Source: a virus
Taxonomy: Duplodnaviria; Caudoviricetes
Reading direction: 5' to 3' (one strand)
Length of the DNA stretch: 24,817 bases
Virus record (IMG/VR): IMGVR_UViG_3300012349_000016
Coordinates: 1 to 24,817 of that record
Made by a program: the position numbers and the translations under genes. The notes beneath the pieces are model-generated. The model did no database searches and was not told where the DNA came from. It saw nothing but the letters and a program-made list of their open reading frames with translations. Shown here piece after piece: positions 16,793 to 24,817 of this stretch (position 1 is its first letter; the number at the start of each line of letters is the position of its first letter).

Positions 16793-17107
16793 TCAGTTCG
16801 TGCACAGCAAATGGGTCAGCGCACCGTCCGTCTGCTGCAAGCGCTGACGCACTATGTACAACGCCCCGTCCACCCTGATCTGCTTGCCGACCGCATTGTT
16901 CGCCACGAGGGACGGAAATGCGCTGGTTTGCAAGGTCACGGTGACGGCCTTGTTGATGACGCCGCCGATGCCGTTTTCCTGAAACGTCACCGCGTCGGAA
17001 TAGTCCACCAGCCCCATCTGGCTGCTGATGCCATCGAAATCGATAGCCACGCCGCCGGCGTACTTGATCATGCCGGCGATGTCAGCGTTATTAAAGAAGG
17101 TGCTCAT
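16793..17107 (-). CDS. Head-tail joining (gpFII-like) protein
   Basis: 104-aa beta-rich protein ending IRVDGALYIV...DGALTHLL; expected position. Confidence 0.7.
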   Translation of the reverse strand: MSTFFNNADIAGMIKYAGGVAIDFDGISSQMGLVDYSDAVTFQENGIGGVINKAVTVTLQTSAFPSLVANNAVGKQIRVDGALYIVRQRLQQTDGALTHLLCTN

Positions 17108-17133
17108 GTCCTATTCCTTCGCGGCTTCGTCAG

Positions 17134-17382
17134 TTAGGTCGGGTCGGCGCCGGCCGGCTGGTCCAGCGCCGCAGCCGATTCGTCCGAAGCGACTGCGCTG
17201 GCAGGTTCGCCAGCGGCAGGCTCCGGTTCCGGCTCCGGCTTCAGGCCGACCGGCGAAAGCGCGCCGGCGGCGACCAGCGGGGCGGCGGTCTCTTCCGGGA
17301 TCGCCACCTCGTCGCCCGCCTGCAGGTCTTTCTTGGTCAGCCCCTGGATCATCCAGTTCGCGCGGTATTTTTTGTCAGCCAT
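17134..17382 (-). CDS. Small post-capsid head protein (82 aa)
   Basis: Likely start ATG 17382 with AAAGGAGG RBS; AGDEVAIPEETAAPLVAAGAL then a Pro/Glu/Ala tail. The longer ORF-track version overlaps the capsid gene. Confidence 0.75.
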   Translation of the reverse strand: MADKKYRANWMIQGLTKKDLQAGDEVAIPEETAAPLVAAGALSPVGLKPEPEPEPAAGEPASAVASDESAAALDQPAGADPT

Positions 17383-17393
17383 GACAGCCTCCT

Positions 17394-18356
17394 TTATGCG
17401 ACAACCGACTTGAACAGGTAGCCGACGTTGGAAGCCGCGATGACTTCCTTCAACGACTCGCCGACGCGCACGCGGGTACCACCGCGCAGACCGATGTTCG
17501 GGTCTTGCTCGATGACGCCGGCCAGGCGCTGGCCCCATTCGGCGGTGTAGCCGAAGGTGATGATGCCCTGCGGCGAGGCGATCACCGGCGACTGGTAGAA
17601 CATCAGCAGGTCTTTGCCCCAGACGCGCACCAGGGTCGGGGTCTGGCCCTTCTTCGCCGAGTTGACCCAGCCGTCCCCGACGATGATCTCGTCCATCTCG
17701 AACAGGTTGGCGACGAACTTCTGCGGCACGATGCCGGTGTCGCCGCTGGTGCCGTTGTAGGCCTTCACGATCTGCGGGTGCGTCGAGAGGGCGGTCCAGA
17801 CGGCGCGGCCCATGACCATCTTGTTGGGGCGGATGATCATCGCGTCGCGCGCCGAGGTGATGTCGGCGATTGGCGTTGCCGTGCCGGTGTTGTTCCACTG
17901 CGCGCCGCCGGAGAAGGTGCGCTTGTTGGCGGTCGGGTAATTGCTCGCGTTCATCACCAGGCCGGCGACGCGCACTTCGCGGTCCAGCTGGATCAGATCG
18001 GACAGCAGCTCGGTCGAGCGGGCCTGCGGGTCGATGGGGTAGACGCCCTGCGTTTTCACGGCGGCCTGCGCTGCCATGATGTCGTAGTAGGGAATCGCGT
18101 CTTCCAGGCCGAAGTCGCTGGTCGAAGCGGTCTGCTCGGTCGCGGTCCAGTCGATCTCGTTCACGTCGCCCTTGCGGCCGACGCGGGTGTCGGGCACGGT
18201 GAAGGCGTCCTGCAGCGTGTACGAGCTGTATTTGAACAGCGGCGAATCGACGGGGACGCGCGGGAGCACGTCGTCAGCCACGAGGCGCATATTGCGATAC
18301 GCCAGAGTGATCGCAGTCAGGCGCGGCTGGATAATGAATGGTGCATTTTGTGCCAT
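17394..18356 (-). CDS. Major capsid protein
   Basis: LTAITLAYRN...ADDVLPRVPV, LDREVRVA, RPNKMVMG and ITFGYTAEWG; 320 aa; strong CAGGAG RBS. Confidence 0.92.
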   Translation of the reverse strand: MAQNAPFIIQPRLTAITLAYRNMRLVADDVLPRVPVDSPLFKYSSYTLQDAFTVPDTRVGRKGDVNEIDWTATEQTASTSDFGLEDAIPYYDIMAAQAAVKTQGVYPIDPQARSTELLSDLIQLDREVRVAGLVMNASNYPTANKRTFSGGAQWNNTGTATPIADITSARDAMIIRPNKMVMGRAVWTALSTHPQIVKAYNGTSGDTGIVPQKFVANLFEMDEIIVGDGWVNSAKKGQTPTLVRVWGKDLLMFYQSPVIASPQGIITFGYTAEWGQRLAGVIEQDPNIGLRGGTRVRVGESLKEVIAASNVGYLFKSVVA

Positions 18357-18399
18357 GTCAGTTTCTCCTGTTGAGGAAATTGGTCAGGTTCGATTCGGC

Positions 18400-18777
18400 T
18401 TAGCCTTGCAGCACGAACAAGTCGATCAGCACTTCGAGCACGTCGCCGGAAACTGCGGACTGGCGCGCGCGGCCGATGCACTGGTTGTTCACGCCGGCGG
18501 ACGGCGCCGCCTTGACGGCGTGGCCGCTGGCGTCCGTGGTGATCGGGTCGCCCGGCGCGATGGTGCCGCCGGCAGTCACGAAAGCGATGCCGTCGTGAAT
18601 GACGTCCACGCGGTCGCCCGAAGCGGATGCCACTTCCGTGGTGACGCCAGCCAGCGGGTCGCTAACAGCGGCGGCGGCCAGCATCTGGAAGTCGGTGGTC
18701 GTGTCGAACTTGACGATGGTATAGGCGCCAATCGCGCCGCCCGCGTCGTAGGTTTTGGTGAGGCCTGGATTTGCCAT
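18400..18777 (-). CDS. Capsid cement/decoration protein (DUF2190-like)
   Basis: VTAGGTIAPGDPITTDASGHAV...IGRARQSAVSGDVLEVL; lies between protease and capsid. Confidence 0.85.
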   Translation of the reverse strand: MANPGLTKTYDAGGAIGAYTIVKFDTTTDFQMLAAAAVSDPLAGVTTEVASASGDRVDVIHDGIAFVTAGGTIAPGDPITTDASGHAVKAAPSAGVNNQCIGRARQSAVSGDVLEVLIDLFVLQG

Positions 18778-18819
18778 TTTGGTTTCTCCTTGGTTCCGTG
18801 ATGGATGGTGCGGCGCCGC

Positions 18820-19329
18820 TTACTTCGCGGCGGCCACGTGAGCGACGGCCTGGGCGGCGGATACCTTGCGGCCCTTGGCGGCCTGCTCGGCCTGGTATTC
18901 CTGCGCGCGCGCAGCGATATCGCCGGCGTTCGCCATCGTGATGCCGTCCGCGCTCGCCTTCTTCTTCGGCTTGCCGCCGGTCGGGCTGGCGCTGGCGTCT
19001 TCATCGTCGGCCTTGTCGTCATCCTCGTCGCCGTCGTTCTCATCGCCCGGCGCAGGTGCGGCGGCGTGAGTAACTTGGGCGGCTTTGGCGTCGGCGCGCA
19101 GCGCGGCGAGCTTGTCGCCCTTCTTGGCCTTTTCGGCGGCGATCACTTGCAGCGCAGCTTCGCCGCCGGTGGTCTTGCCGTCGAATGCCAGCTTGGCGAT
19201 CAGGTCATCGTGGCCCGGCATGGCGGCGGCGTGAACGGCCTGGATGCGCTCGCGTTCAGCGGTCGCACCCTCGACAATCAACGCAGCAGCCACGGCAGGG
19301 TGTTCAGCTTTGAGCTTGGTCACGTCCAT
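18820..19329 (-). CDS. Internally initiated scaffolding protein (Nu3-like, 169 aa)
   Basis: In-frame ATG at 19329 preceded by GAGGA, after a Pro/Gln linker; MDVTKLKAEHP...AERERIQAV. Confidence 0.65.
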   Translation of the reverse strand: MDVTKLKAEHPAVAAALIVEGATAERERIQAVHAAAMPGHDDLIAKLAFDGKTTGGEAALQVIAAEKAKKGDKLAALRADAKAAQVTHAAAPAPGDENDGDEDDDKADDEDASASPTGGKPKKKASADGITMANAGDIAARAQEYQAEQAAKGRKVSAAQAVAHVAAAK

Positions 19330-20316
19330 AGTGGGTTCCTCGTTTGCTTGGGGTTGGGTTTGCGCCGTCTGCGGGCTACCGCCGCTATCTGGCTCGGTTG
19401 GCTCACCAGCAGGCGCACCGGCCTGCTGGGCGAGAGGGTTGCGGCTCTGGCCGGTGCCGTCCGCGACATAGTGCGCGAAGTCGCCAGCGGCTGCCCGCGA
19501 AATAAGTTGGTCGAGCGTGGCAATGTCGTCCACCAGGCCAGCGTCCACCGCCTGCTGGCCCTGAAAGACGCGGCCATCGGCCATGTTTCCCAGAACAGCG
19601 TCGGCCGTGGTGCCACGGTTGCGCGCCACGTCGTTGACAAAAATCGAATAGGTATAGTCAACCGAATCCTGGATCGACTGCCGGCCATCCTGCGTCAGCG
19701 GCGCATATTGCGAGGCGATGCGCTTGTATTTGCCGGCGGCGATCTCGGTGGTCTTGTAGCCCGCCGCCGCTTCGGCACGACTCACATCCACGTGTGTGGC
19801 GACCACGCCGATACTGCCGACCGCCGTGGTTTGGCTGGAGGCATACACCCCATCGGCCGCGCTGCCGATCCAGTAAGCGGCGCTCGCCATCGTGCCGTCC
19901 GCCAGGGCGATGATCGGCTTGCTGCCGCGCGCGCTGAAAATCAGGTCGCTCAGTTGCTGGGTGCCGTCCACAGTGCCGCCGGGAGAGTCGATGTTCAGGA
20001 TGATGGTGTTCACCAGGGGGTCGTCCAGCGCCTGCTGAATGTCACCCGCCAGGATCGACATGCTGGTGCCGCCGCTGATCTGCGTGAGCAGGGTCATGCG
20101 CTTGGACAGCACGCCGTCAATCGGAATGACGGCCACGCCATTGTCGGTAACGTCGTAGCCACGGGTGGCACCAGGCAAAGGGGCACCGATTTTCGCTTCC
20201 AGCGCGCCCAGGTCGATCTTCTCGCCGCGCAGGTGGCGCGCATAGATCGCCTGCACCTCGGAGAACATCTCCGGAGTGATCGCCCATGGTGCTGTCGCTA
20301 TATCGTGAAGTTTCAT
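18820..20316 (-). CDS. Prohead protease, S49 family (lambda gpC-like) with C-terminal scaffold
   Basis: LNIDSPGG, MASAAYWIGS (catalytic Ser), VGSIGV, AGKYK (catalytic Lys) and GLVDDI. Confidence 0.95.
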   Translation of the reverse strand: MKLHDIATAPWAITPEMFSEVQAIYARHLRGEKIDLGALEAKIGAPLPGATRGYDVTDNGVAVIPIDGVLSKRMTLLTQISGGTSMSILAGDIQQALDDPLVNTIILNIDSPGGTVDGTQQLSDLIFSARGSKPIIALADGTMASAAYWIGSAADGVYASSQTTAVGSIGVVATHVDVSRAEAAAGYKTTEIAAGKYKRIASQYAPLTQDGRQSIQDSVDYTYSIFVNDVARNRGTTADAVLGNMADGRVFQGQQAVDAGLVDDIATLDQLISRAAAGDFAHYVADGTGQSRNPLAQQAGAPAGEPTEPDSGGSPQTAQTQPQANEEPTMDVTKLKAEHPAVAAALIVEGATAERERIQAVHAAAMPGHDDLIAKLAFDGKTTGGEAALQVIAAEKAKKGDKLAALRADAKAAQVTHAAAPAPGDENDGDEDDDKADDEDASASPTGGKPKKKASADGITMANAGDIAARAQEYQAEQAAKGRKVSAAQAVAHVAAAK

Positions 20317-20367
20317 ATCCGTACCTTTGCAAAACCGTGTCGGTGATCTCCCAAATCTCCCGGAACG

Positions 20368-22023
20368 TCACGCGCTGTCGAGGTCGCCCGCGTCATCGTC
20401 GGCCGGCTCCTCGCTGATCTGGCTCCCGCTGCCCTTCTTCGGCGCCGCCGCCGGTGCCGGCCCGTTCAGGTTGGCCGGCGGCAGCGACGCGTAGATCGTC
20501 TGCAGGCCCAGCGCCTCCAGCGTCTTTTCCTCGCGCGCGCGGCGCTGGATCATCGCCTCCCAGTCGGCGCCGGTCAGGGCGACACATTCGTCGGCGTAGC
20601 TGCTGATGTTCAGCTCCAGCCGGCCCTTCGCCGCATTGACTTCCTTGAGCGGGTCGAGCTGGCCCGGCGCGTCACCGATCCAGGCGGTGCCAAGGTAGGC
20701 GGCGCGGATGTACGGGTCGTCAAAAAAACCCGGCGCGTCGATGCGGCCCAGCGCAATCGCTTCCTCCATCCACGCCTCGTAGACCGGCTGGCAGAACATC
20801 GAGGCCAACCATTCGCGGCGCGTCTTGTAGAAGCGCCATGCCTCGATCAGCGCCGCGCGCGCGGCGGAATAGGACGCGGTGAAGTGCTTCACCAACACTT
20901 CAAACGGCAACTCCAGCGCGACGCCGACCTGGCGCAGCACGGCCATCACGAACGGATCGAACGCCACATTCGGGCGCTTCGGGTCGGCAAATTTCACATC
21001 TTCGCCCGGCGCCAGGTCGAGGATCGCGCCATTGCCCATCATCAGCGGATCGCCGGCCTTGGCCGTGCCCGGATGCGAGCCGTCGCCCATGTCCAGCCCC
21101 TGGCCGTTCTCGCTGGTGACGAACACGGTGAACATGCCGGAAATCACGGCGGCGGTCACTTCGGCCTGCGTGTAGTCGGTCAACTGCTTGAGCAGTTCGA
21201 TCACCGGCGCGATATATGGCACGCCGCGCGACTGGCCGGGGCGGCGCTTGTCGTAGAGGTGGACGATGTTGCGCCGCCCGGACTTGGCGCCGAAGGCCGG
21301 CACCACATCCCAGACCAGGCTGGGCAGCATCAGGCCGCCAGGGTGATGGCGCAGGATGTGGTAGGCGATGGGAGCGCCTTGCGCGTCCATCTGCACGCCC
21401 TGCGCCAGCGCCTCGGTGTTGATCCCGTAATCCTTGTTCTGCACGCGGTCGGCCTCGATCAGCTGCACCTTGGTGCCATAGACGCTGCCGCGCCGCGCGA
21501 TCATCGGCAGGCTGGCGAACACGTCGCCGCTCTCCAGCGCGCTGCGGAACGCCAGATTCTGCAGGGCGTAGAAATCGTTCGTGCGCGTCGCGTCGCACGC
21601 GCTGGCGTCCTTCGCCCACAGTTTGAATTCGCGCTCCGTCTTGGCCTGCCAGGCCTGCGCCTCTTCCGGCGTCATGCCCAGCGCGAAGGCATCGATCTGG
21701 CTGCGCATCACCAGGCCGCTGCCGATTGCCGTGGTGGTGACGGTATTGACCGCGCCCAGCGCCAGCGGGTTGTTGCGCATGCAGTCGCGGCTGCGGTTGC
21801 GCAGCCAGCGCAGGTCGTAGACGGTGTCGCTGTCGGCGCTGCCGCCATAGGGCATCCAGTTGGCGGTGGCGCGGCGGTCGAAGCGCGCGCCGTACCACTG
21901 GCCGGCGACGGCCATCTGCACGCGGTCGCGCATGCGCGCGAGCCCGGTCTTCGGGCTGATGAAGGAAATGGCCTTGTCGAGCAAGCTCGGCTGGATATCC
22001 AAAGGGACCGGGACGCGCTTCAT
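20368..22023 (-). CDS. Portal protein, lambda family
   Basis: LRNRSRDCMRNNPLALGAV, QLIEADRV, RPGQSRGVPYIAPV, SYSAARAAL and LDPLKEV. Confidence 0.97.
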   Translation of the reverse strand: MKRVPVPLDIQPSLLDKAISFISPKTGLARMRDRVQMAVAGQWYGARFDRRATANWMPYGGSADSDTVYDLRWLRNRSRDCMRNNPLALGAVNTVTTTAIGSGLVMRSQIDAFALGMTPEEAQAWQAKTEREFKLWAKDASACDATRTNDFYALQNLAFRSALESGDVFASLPMIARRGSVYGTKVQLIEADRVQNKDYGINTEALAQGVQMDAQGAPIAYHILRHHPGGLMLPSLVWDVVPAFGAKSGRRNIVHLYDKRRPGQSRGVPYIAPVIELLKQLTDYTQAEVTAAVISGMFTVFVTSENGQGLDMGDGSHPGTAKAGDPLMMGNGAILDLAPGEDVKFADPKRPNVAFDPFVMAVLRQVGVALELPFEVLVKHFTASYSAARAALIEAWRFYKTRREWLASMFCQPVYEAWMEEAIALGRIDAPGFFDDPYIRAAYLGTAWIGDAPGQLDPLKEVNAAKGRLELNISSYADECVALTGADWEAMIQRRAREEKTLEALGLQTIYASLPPANLNGPAPAAAPKKGSGSQISEEPADDDAGDLDSA

Positions 22024-22281
22024 TTATTTCAGGGCCGGTGGGGAACTGGATTGACCTTCGCCGTTCGGGGCGCCGTAGCGGCAGCGGATGCCGCCCGAAC
22101 CCTGGGACAGGCGCATGACGCGGCGCTCCCAGTAGTCGATGTTGTTGCGGATTTCTGCGGCATTGGCGCGCGTCAGGCTGCGCCCGCCGATGCTGTAGCT
22201 CTGCCCGCCGGCGACGGCGTCATCCGCCACCATCCAGGCGTCCAGCTTCGCTTGTGCTTGAGCCAAAGTAATGCCGGCCAT
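22024..22281 (-). CDS. Head completion protein (gpW/DUF6148-like)
   Basis: MAGITLAQAQAKLDAW...GQSYSIGGRSLTRAN; lies between TerL and portal. Confidence 0.88.
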   Translation of the reverse strand: MAGITLAQAQAKLDAWMVADDAVAGGQSYSIGGRSLTRANAAEIRNNIDYWERRVMRLSQGSGGIRCRYGAPNGEGQSSSPPALK

Positions 22282-22312
22282 CGCGCCCCCGCAATTTTTA
22301 TGAATTGGCGGC

Positions 22313-22359
22313 AACTATCGCATAAGGTTGACTGGAGGAAAAGAACAGTCTCCCTACAA
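22313..22359 (-). promoter_or_regulatory. Putative activator-dependent late promoter for the head/tail operon
   Basis: TTGTAGGGAGACT-N22-TATGCGATAGTT in the terL-gpW gap; matches 2494-2540. Confidence 0.7.
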
Positions 22360-22378
22360 TGCATCGTGGCACGATACG

Positions 22379-24235
22379 TTACCCGAGAGGAATGCCGGAA
22401 CTGCGCACACCGCGCTGGCGGCCCTGCTGCGCCAGCGGGGCGCCGGCGGAAATCAACTGGTGCAGCCGGGCCAGGTCGCGGTACAGGCCCGGATTGATGA
22501 AGGTCTGCAGCGTGAACAAGGCGGCCAGGCAGTACACCTCCAGGTCGAACGCCTCATTGCGGCCGGTTGTGACCCATTCCACCTGCCAGGTTCCCTGCTT
22601 GGTGCGTTTGACCACCTTCTTTTCGGCCGTCATCTGGTCGATGTAATGCTCGGGTATCCAGTCCGGCATGTGCATATAGCCCGGCCCGACGCGACCGTTG
22701 CGCAGGCGCGACATCACGCGGTCCTTTGCCATGTGCGTGGCGATCAGCCACAGGCGGATGCTGTTCTTTTTCGCGGTCGATTCCATCACCATGCCGGGCC
22801 GGCTCAGCCGGTCGCGCCCCTTGTGGGCGAACACGCGCTGATTCTGGCGCGGCTGCACGTAGTCATAGATCGCATCCATGTGCGAGCCGTTCGATGAGTC
22901 GATGGTGAGGATTTCGAGCCGCATCGGCTGGCGCGTGCCGTGGTGGATGCGCTCGCGCGCGCGCCATTCGTCCAGCGCCTGCCAGACGGCCGGGTCGTTA
23001 CCGGGGTCGCCCCAGAAAATCTCGTAATCGACCAGCCAGGATTCCTCGCCGGCGCCATAGCCGACAATTTTCGCCTCGATGCGGTTGCCCTGCACGTCGG
23101 CCGAGCCGACCAGGACCGCGACGCCGGCCGGCACCGCGCCGCGCGGGTAGTCTTCCAGCCGCTCGATCAGCGCGGCGGGGTCGATGGTGTCGCCGTGCTC
23201 CTCCCATGTTTCGCCCAGCACGGTATTGACGAAGGTCTGCAACTTGAGCGGATCGGATTTCGCCTCCAGGAATTCGATGACGAGCGCGCCCCAGTCCGCA
23301 TTCGGGCTATAGGAGTAGGCCGCCCAGATGTGAAAGCCGGCGTGCCGGCCGGCGCCGGGCGCCATCGCGCGCCACTCGCCGCGCTCGACCATCCAGCGCT
23401 TGTCCTTGTGCTCGATCACGCAGGCATTGTGCTCGCACACATAGTAGGCTTTGCCCGGCTCGCCGGCGTCCCACTTGATGCCGTAGGCCTTGTCCTTGCC
23501 GCCGAACTTCAGGTATTGCATCTCGCCGCAATGCGGGCAGGGAACGAAGTAGCGGCGCTGGTCGGATTTGCCGTACAAGTCCTCGATCCGAGAAATATTT
23601 TTGGTGGTGGGCGTCGAGCCGGCGACAATCTTGCGGTTCCAGTAATATTCGCTGCGCCGGATGCCGAGCGTGATCTGGTCGCCCTCGTTTCCCGCGCCGG
23701 CGGTCGGGTAGCCGTCCACCTCATCGAAGATCACGACGCGGCGCGAGACGCGGCGAAAGCCGCGCGGCGAGTTGGCGCCGACCAGCGACAAAGTTCCGCC
23801 GGGAAACATCTTCTGCAGAATGGTATTGCTCGAATCCTTGGCCTTGGCGTCCGACACCAGCCCGCGCAGCGCAGGCGTGTCGCGCAGCATCGGCGCGATT
23901 TCTTCCTTGCTGTAGCCCTCAGCATCCTCCACGGTCGGCTGCACCACCATGATCGGGCAAGGGTCTTGGTGGATGTGGTAGGCGACCAGGTTGCCGACGC
24001 ACTTCGTGTAGCCCACGCGCGCCGACTTCATCACCGTCACCATCTCGACCAGCGGATCGGTCATCGCATCGAGGATGCCTTTTTGATATGGCAGCGTGCG
24101 CCAGGCGCCGGGGTCGGCGCTCGACTCGGGCGACAGCACGGCATGCTCGTCGGACCACTCCGACAGCGTCACGCGGCGCGGCGGGCGGAACAGGCCCAGG
24201 CCGAAGGAGATCAGCGCTTCGAGGGCAAGGGACAT
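22379..24235 (-). CDS. terL: Terminase large subunit, lambda gpA family (618 aa)
   Basis: KSARVGYT (Walker A), VVIFDEVD (Walker B), GSTPT, YFVPCPHCGE, FVNTVLGETW and RNEAFDL; start at ATG 24235 with GGGAG RBS. Confidence 0.97.
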   Translation of the reverse strand: MSLALEALISFGLGLFRPPRRVTLSEWSDEHAVLSPESSADPGAWRTLPYQKGILDAMTDPLVEMVTVMKSARVGYTKCVGNLVAYHIHQDPCPIMVVQPTVEDAEGYSKEEIAPMLRDTPALRGLVSDAKAKDSSNTILQKMFPGGTLSLVGANSPRGFRRVSRRVVIFDEVDGYPTAGAGNEGDQITLGIRRSEYYWNRKIVAGSTPTTKNISRIEDLYGKSDQRRYFVPCPHCGEMQYLKFGGKDKAYGIKWDAGEPGKAYYVCEHNACVIEHKDKRWMVERGEWRAMAPGAGRHAGFHIWAAYSYSPNADWGALVIEFLEAKSDPLKLQTFVNTVLGETWEEHGDTIDPAALIERLEDYPRGAVPAGVAVLVGSADVQGNRIEAKIVGYGAGEESWLVDYEIFWGDPGNDPAVWQALDEWRARERIHHGTRQPMRLEILTIDSSNGSHMDAIYDYVQPRQNQRVFAHKGRDRLSRPGMVMESTAKKNSIRLWLIATHMAKDRVMSRLRNGRVGPGYMHMPDWIPEHYIDQMTAEKKVVKRTKQGTWQVEWVTTGRNEAFDLEVYCLAALFTLQTFINPGLYRDLARLHQLISAGAPLAQQGRQRGVRSSGIPLG

Positions 24236-24765
24236 TCGGCCACTCCCTGCAGCGCGTCGCGCACCAGGTCTTCGATGATCACCACCTCCCCCGCCGTCAG
24301 GTGCGGGATGCGGCCCTTCGCCTTGCTGCCGATGGCGAGCACACGCGTTTTCACCTCGCCGGCGACCTTCGACCAGACCGCCTTGACGTCCTCGATGTCG
24401 ATCACCGCCCCTTCCGCCTCGTCGGCCTCGGTCTTCGCAATCCGGGCCAGGTGGTATTCGCGCACCGCGCGGTTGTCCATGTAGCTGCCGCCCTCCACCG
24501 CGTCCTGCGGCGCAGGCGGCGCCGCCTGCGAAGGCTGCGAAGTGGCCTTCGCACTTGGCGCCGCTGACGCGGCCGGCTTGCTGACGTCGGTGTTGCGGGC
24601 CCACGCCAGGTCGGCACTGGCGCGGTCGATTTTCCCGTCCACGCCCTTGGAAATACGCCCATCGGCCAGCGCAAACTGCACCGCGCGCCGGCTGATGCCG
24701 CGATATTCGGCGTAGGCGCTGACCGTCATTTGCTCAGAGTTATCAGGTTTATGCATATCACTCAT
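24211..24765 (-). CDS. terS: Terminase small subunit (Nu1-like)
   Basis: N-terminal HTH (SAYAEYRGISRRAVQFALADGRI) and helical C-terminus; overlaps the terL start. Exact start uncertain. Confidence 0.85.
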   Translation of the reverse strand: MSDMHKPDNSEQMTVSAYAEYRGISRRAVQFALADGRISKGVDGKIDRASADLAWARNTDVSKPAASAAPSAKATSQPSQAAPPAPQDAVEGGSYMDNRAVREYHLARIAKTEADEAEGAVIDIEDVKAVWSKVAGEVKTRVLAIGSKAKGRIPHLTAGEVVIIEDLVRDALQGVAECPLPSKR

Positions 24766-24784
24766 GCGAAGGTAGTTGGTAGGC

Positions 24785-24817
24785 CATATCTAGTTGAACG
24801 CCGGGGCCGCCGGTACC
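24785..24817 (-). other. Possible cos (cosN-proximal) site
   Basis: Directly upstream of terS. The minus strand GGTACCGGCGGCCCCGGCGTTCAACTAGATATG resembles the lambda left end GGGCGGCGACCTCGCGGGTTTTCGCTATTTATG. Confidence 0.4.

Larger units (their letters stand above)
1..24817 (-). mobile_element. Siphovirus-type phage/prophage late region (packaging, head, tail, lysis) plus downstream accessory genes
   Basis: Canonical order terminase-portal-protease-capsid-connectors-tail tube-chaperone-tape measure-tail tip-lysis, all on the minus strand, with many ATGA/TGATG/TAATG overlaps. No integrase, att site or host gene in the window, so prophage versus free phage cannot be decided. Confidence 0.97.

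Noticed and set aside
20117-20371. 84-aa ORF coupled to the portal stop
   Set aside because: Mostly overlaps the S49 protease out of frame, and the protease has its own AAAGG RBS; no supporting motif.
949-24567. Many long plus-strand ORFs (e.g. 949..2421, 8219..9799, 14485..16341, 20884..22497, 22940..24484)
   Set aside because: Antisense shadows of GC-rich minus-strand genes, with Arg/Gly/Ala-biased translations and no recognisable motifs.
11805-24604. ORF-track N-terminal extensions of the tape measure (14822), 17134..17898, gpW (22314) and terL (24604)
   Set aside because: Most extensions overlap upstream genes, and the gpW one overlaps its candidate promoter. Downstream ATGs with RBS or coupling fit better (14753, 17382, 22281, 24235).

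Overview
One continuous, apparently intact late (morphogenesis and lysis) region of a GC-rich siphophage or prophage, encoded entirely on the minus strand. Reading right to left: a probable cos-like end, then TerS, lambda-gpA-type TerL, gpW/DUF6148-like head completion protein, lambda-family portal, S49 protease with an internal scaffold start, DUF2190-like cement, major capsid and head-tail connectors. Next come the tail tube, a gpG/gpGT chaperone with a T-TTT-TTT -1 frameshift, the tape measure, a D3112/B3-like tail tip module, a DUF2793 fibre and a putative receptor-binding protein. The lysis cassette (GH108 endolysin, holin-like genes, no recognisable spanin) and a terminator follow. The first ~720 bp hold two accessory genes missing from the ORF track: a 59-aa orphan and a truncated protein of near-identical 54-bp/18-aa LRR/L-domain-like repeats that differ only at non-synonymous, predicted surface positions. 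Each sits behind a copy of a duplicated promoter/operator block. A bipartite motif (TTGTAGGGARACT-N22-TATRCGAYARTT) occurs before both the head operon and the lysis cassette, suggesting activator-dependent late promoters. Family assignments come from motif recognition and synteny only; no database searches were run.
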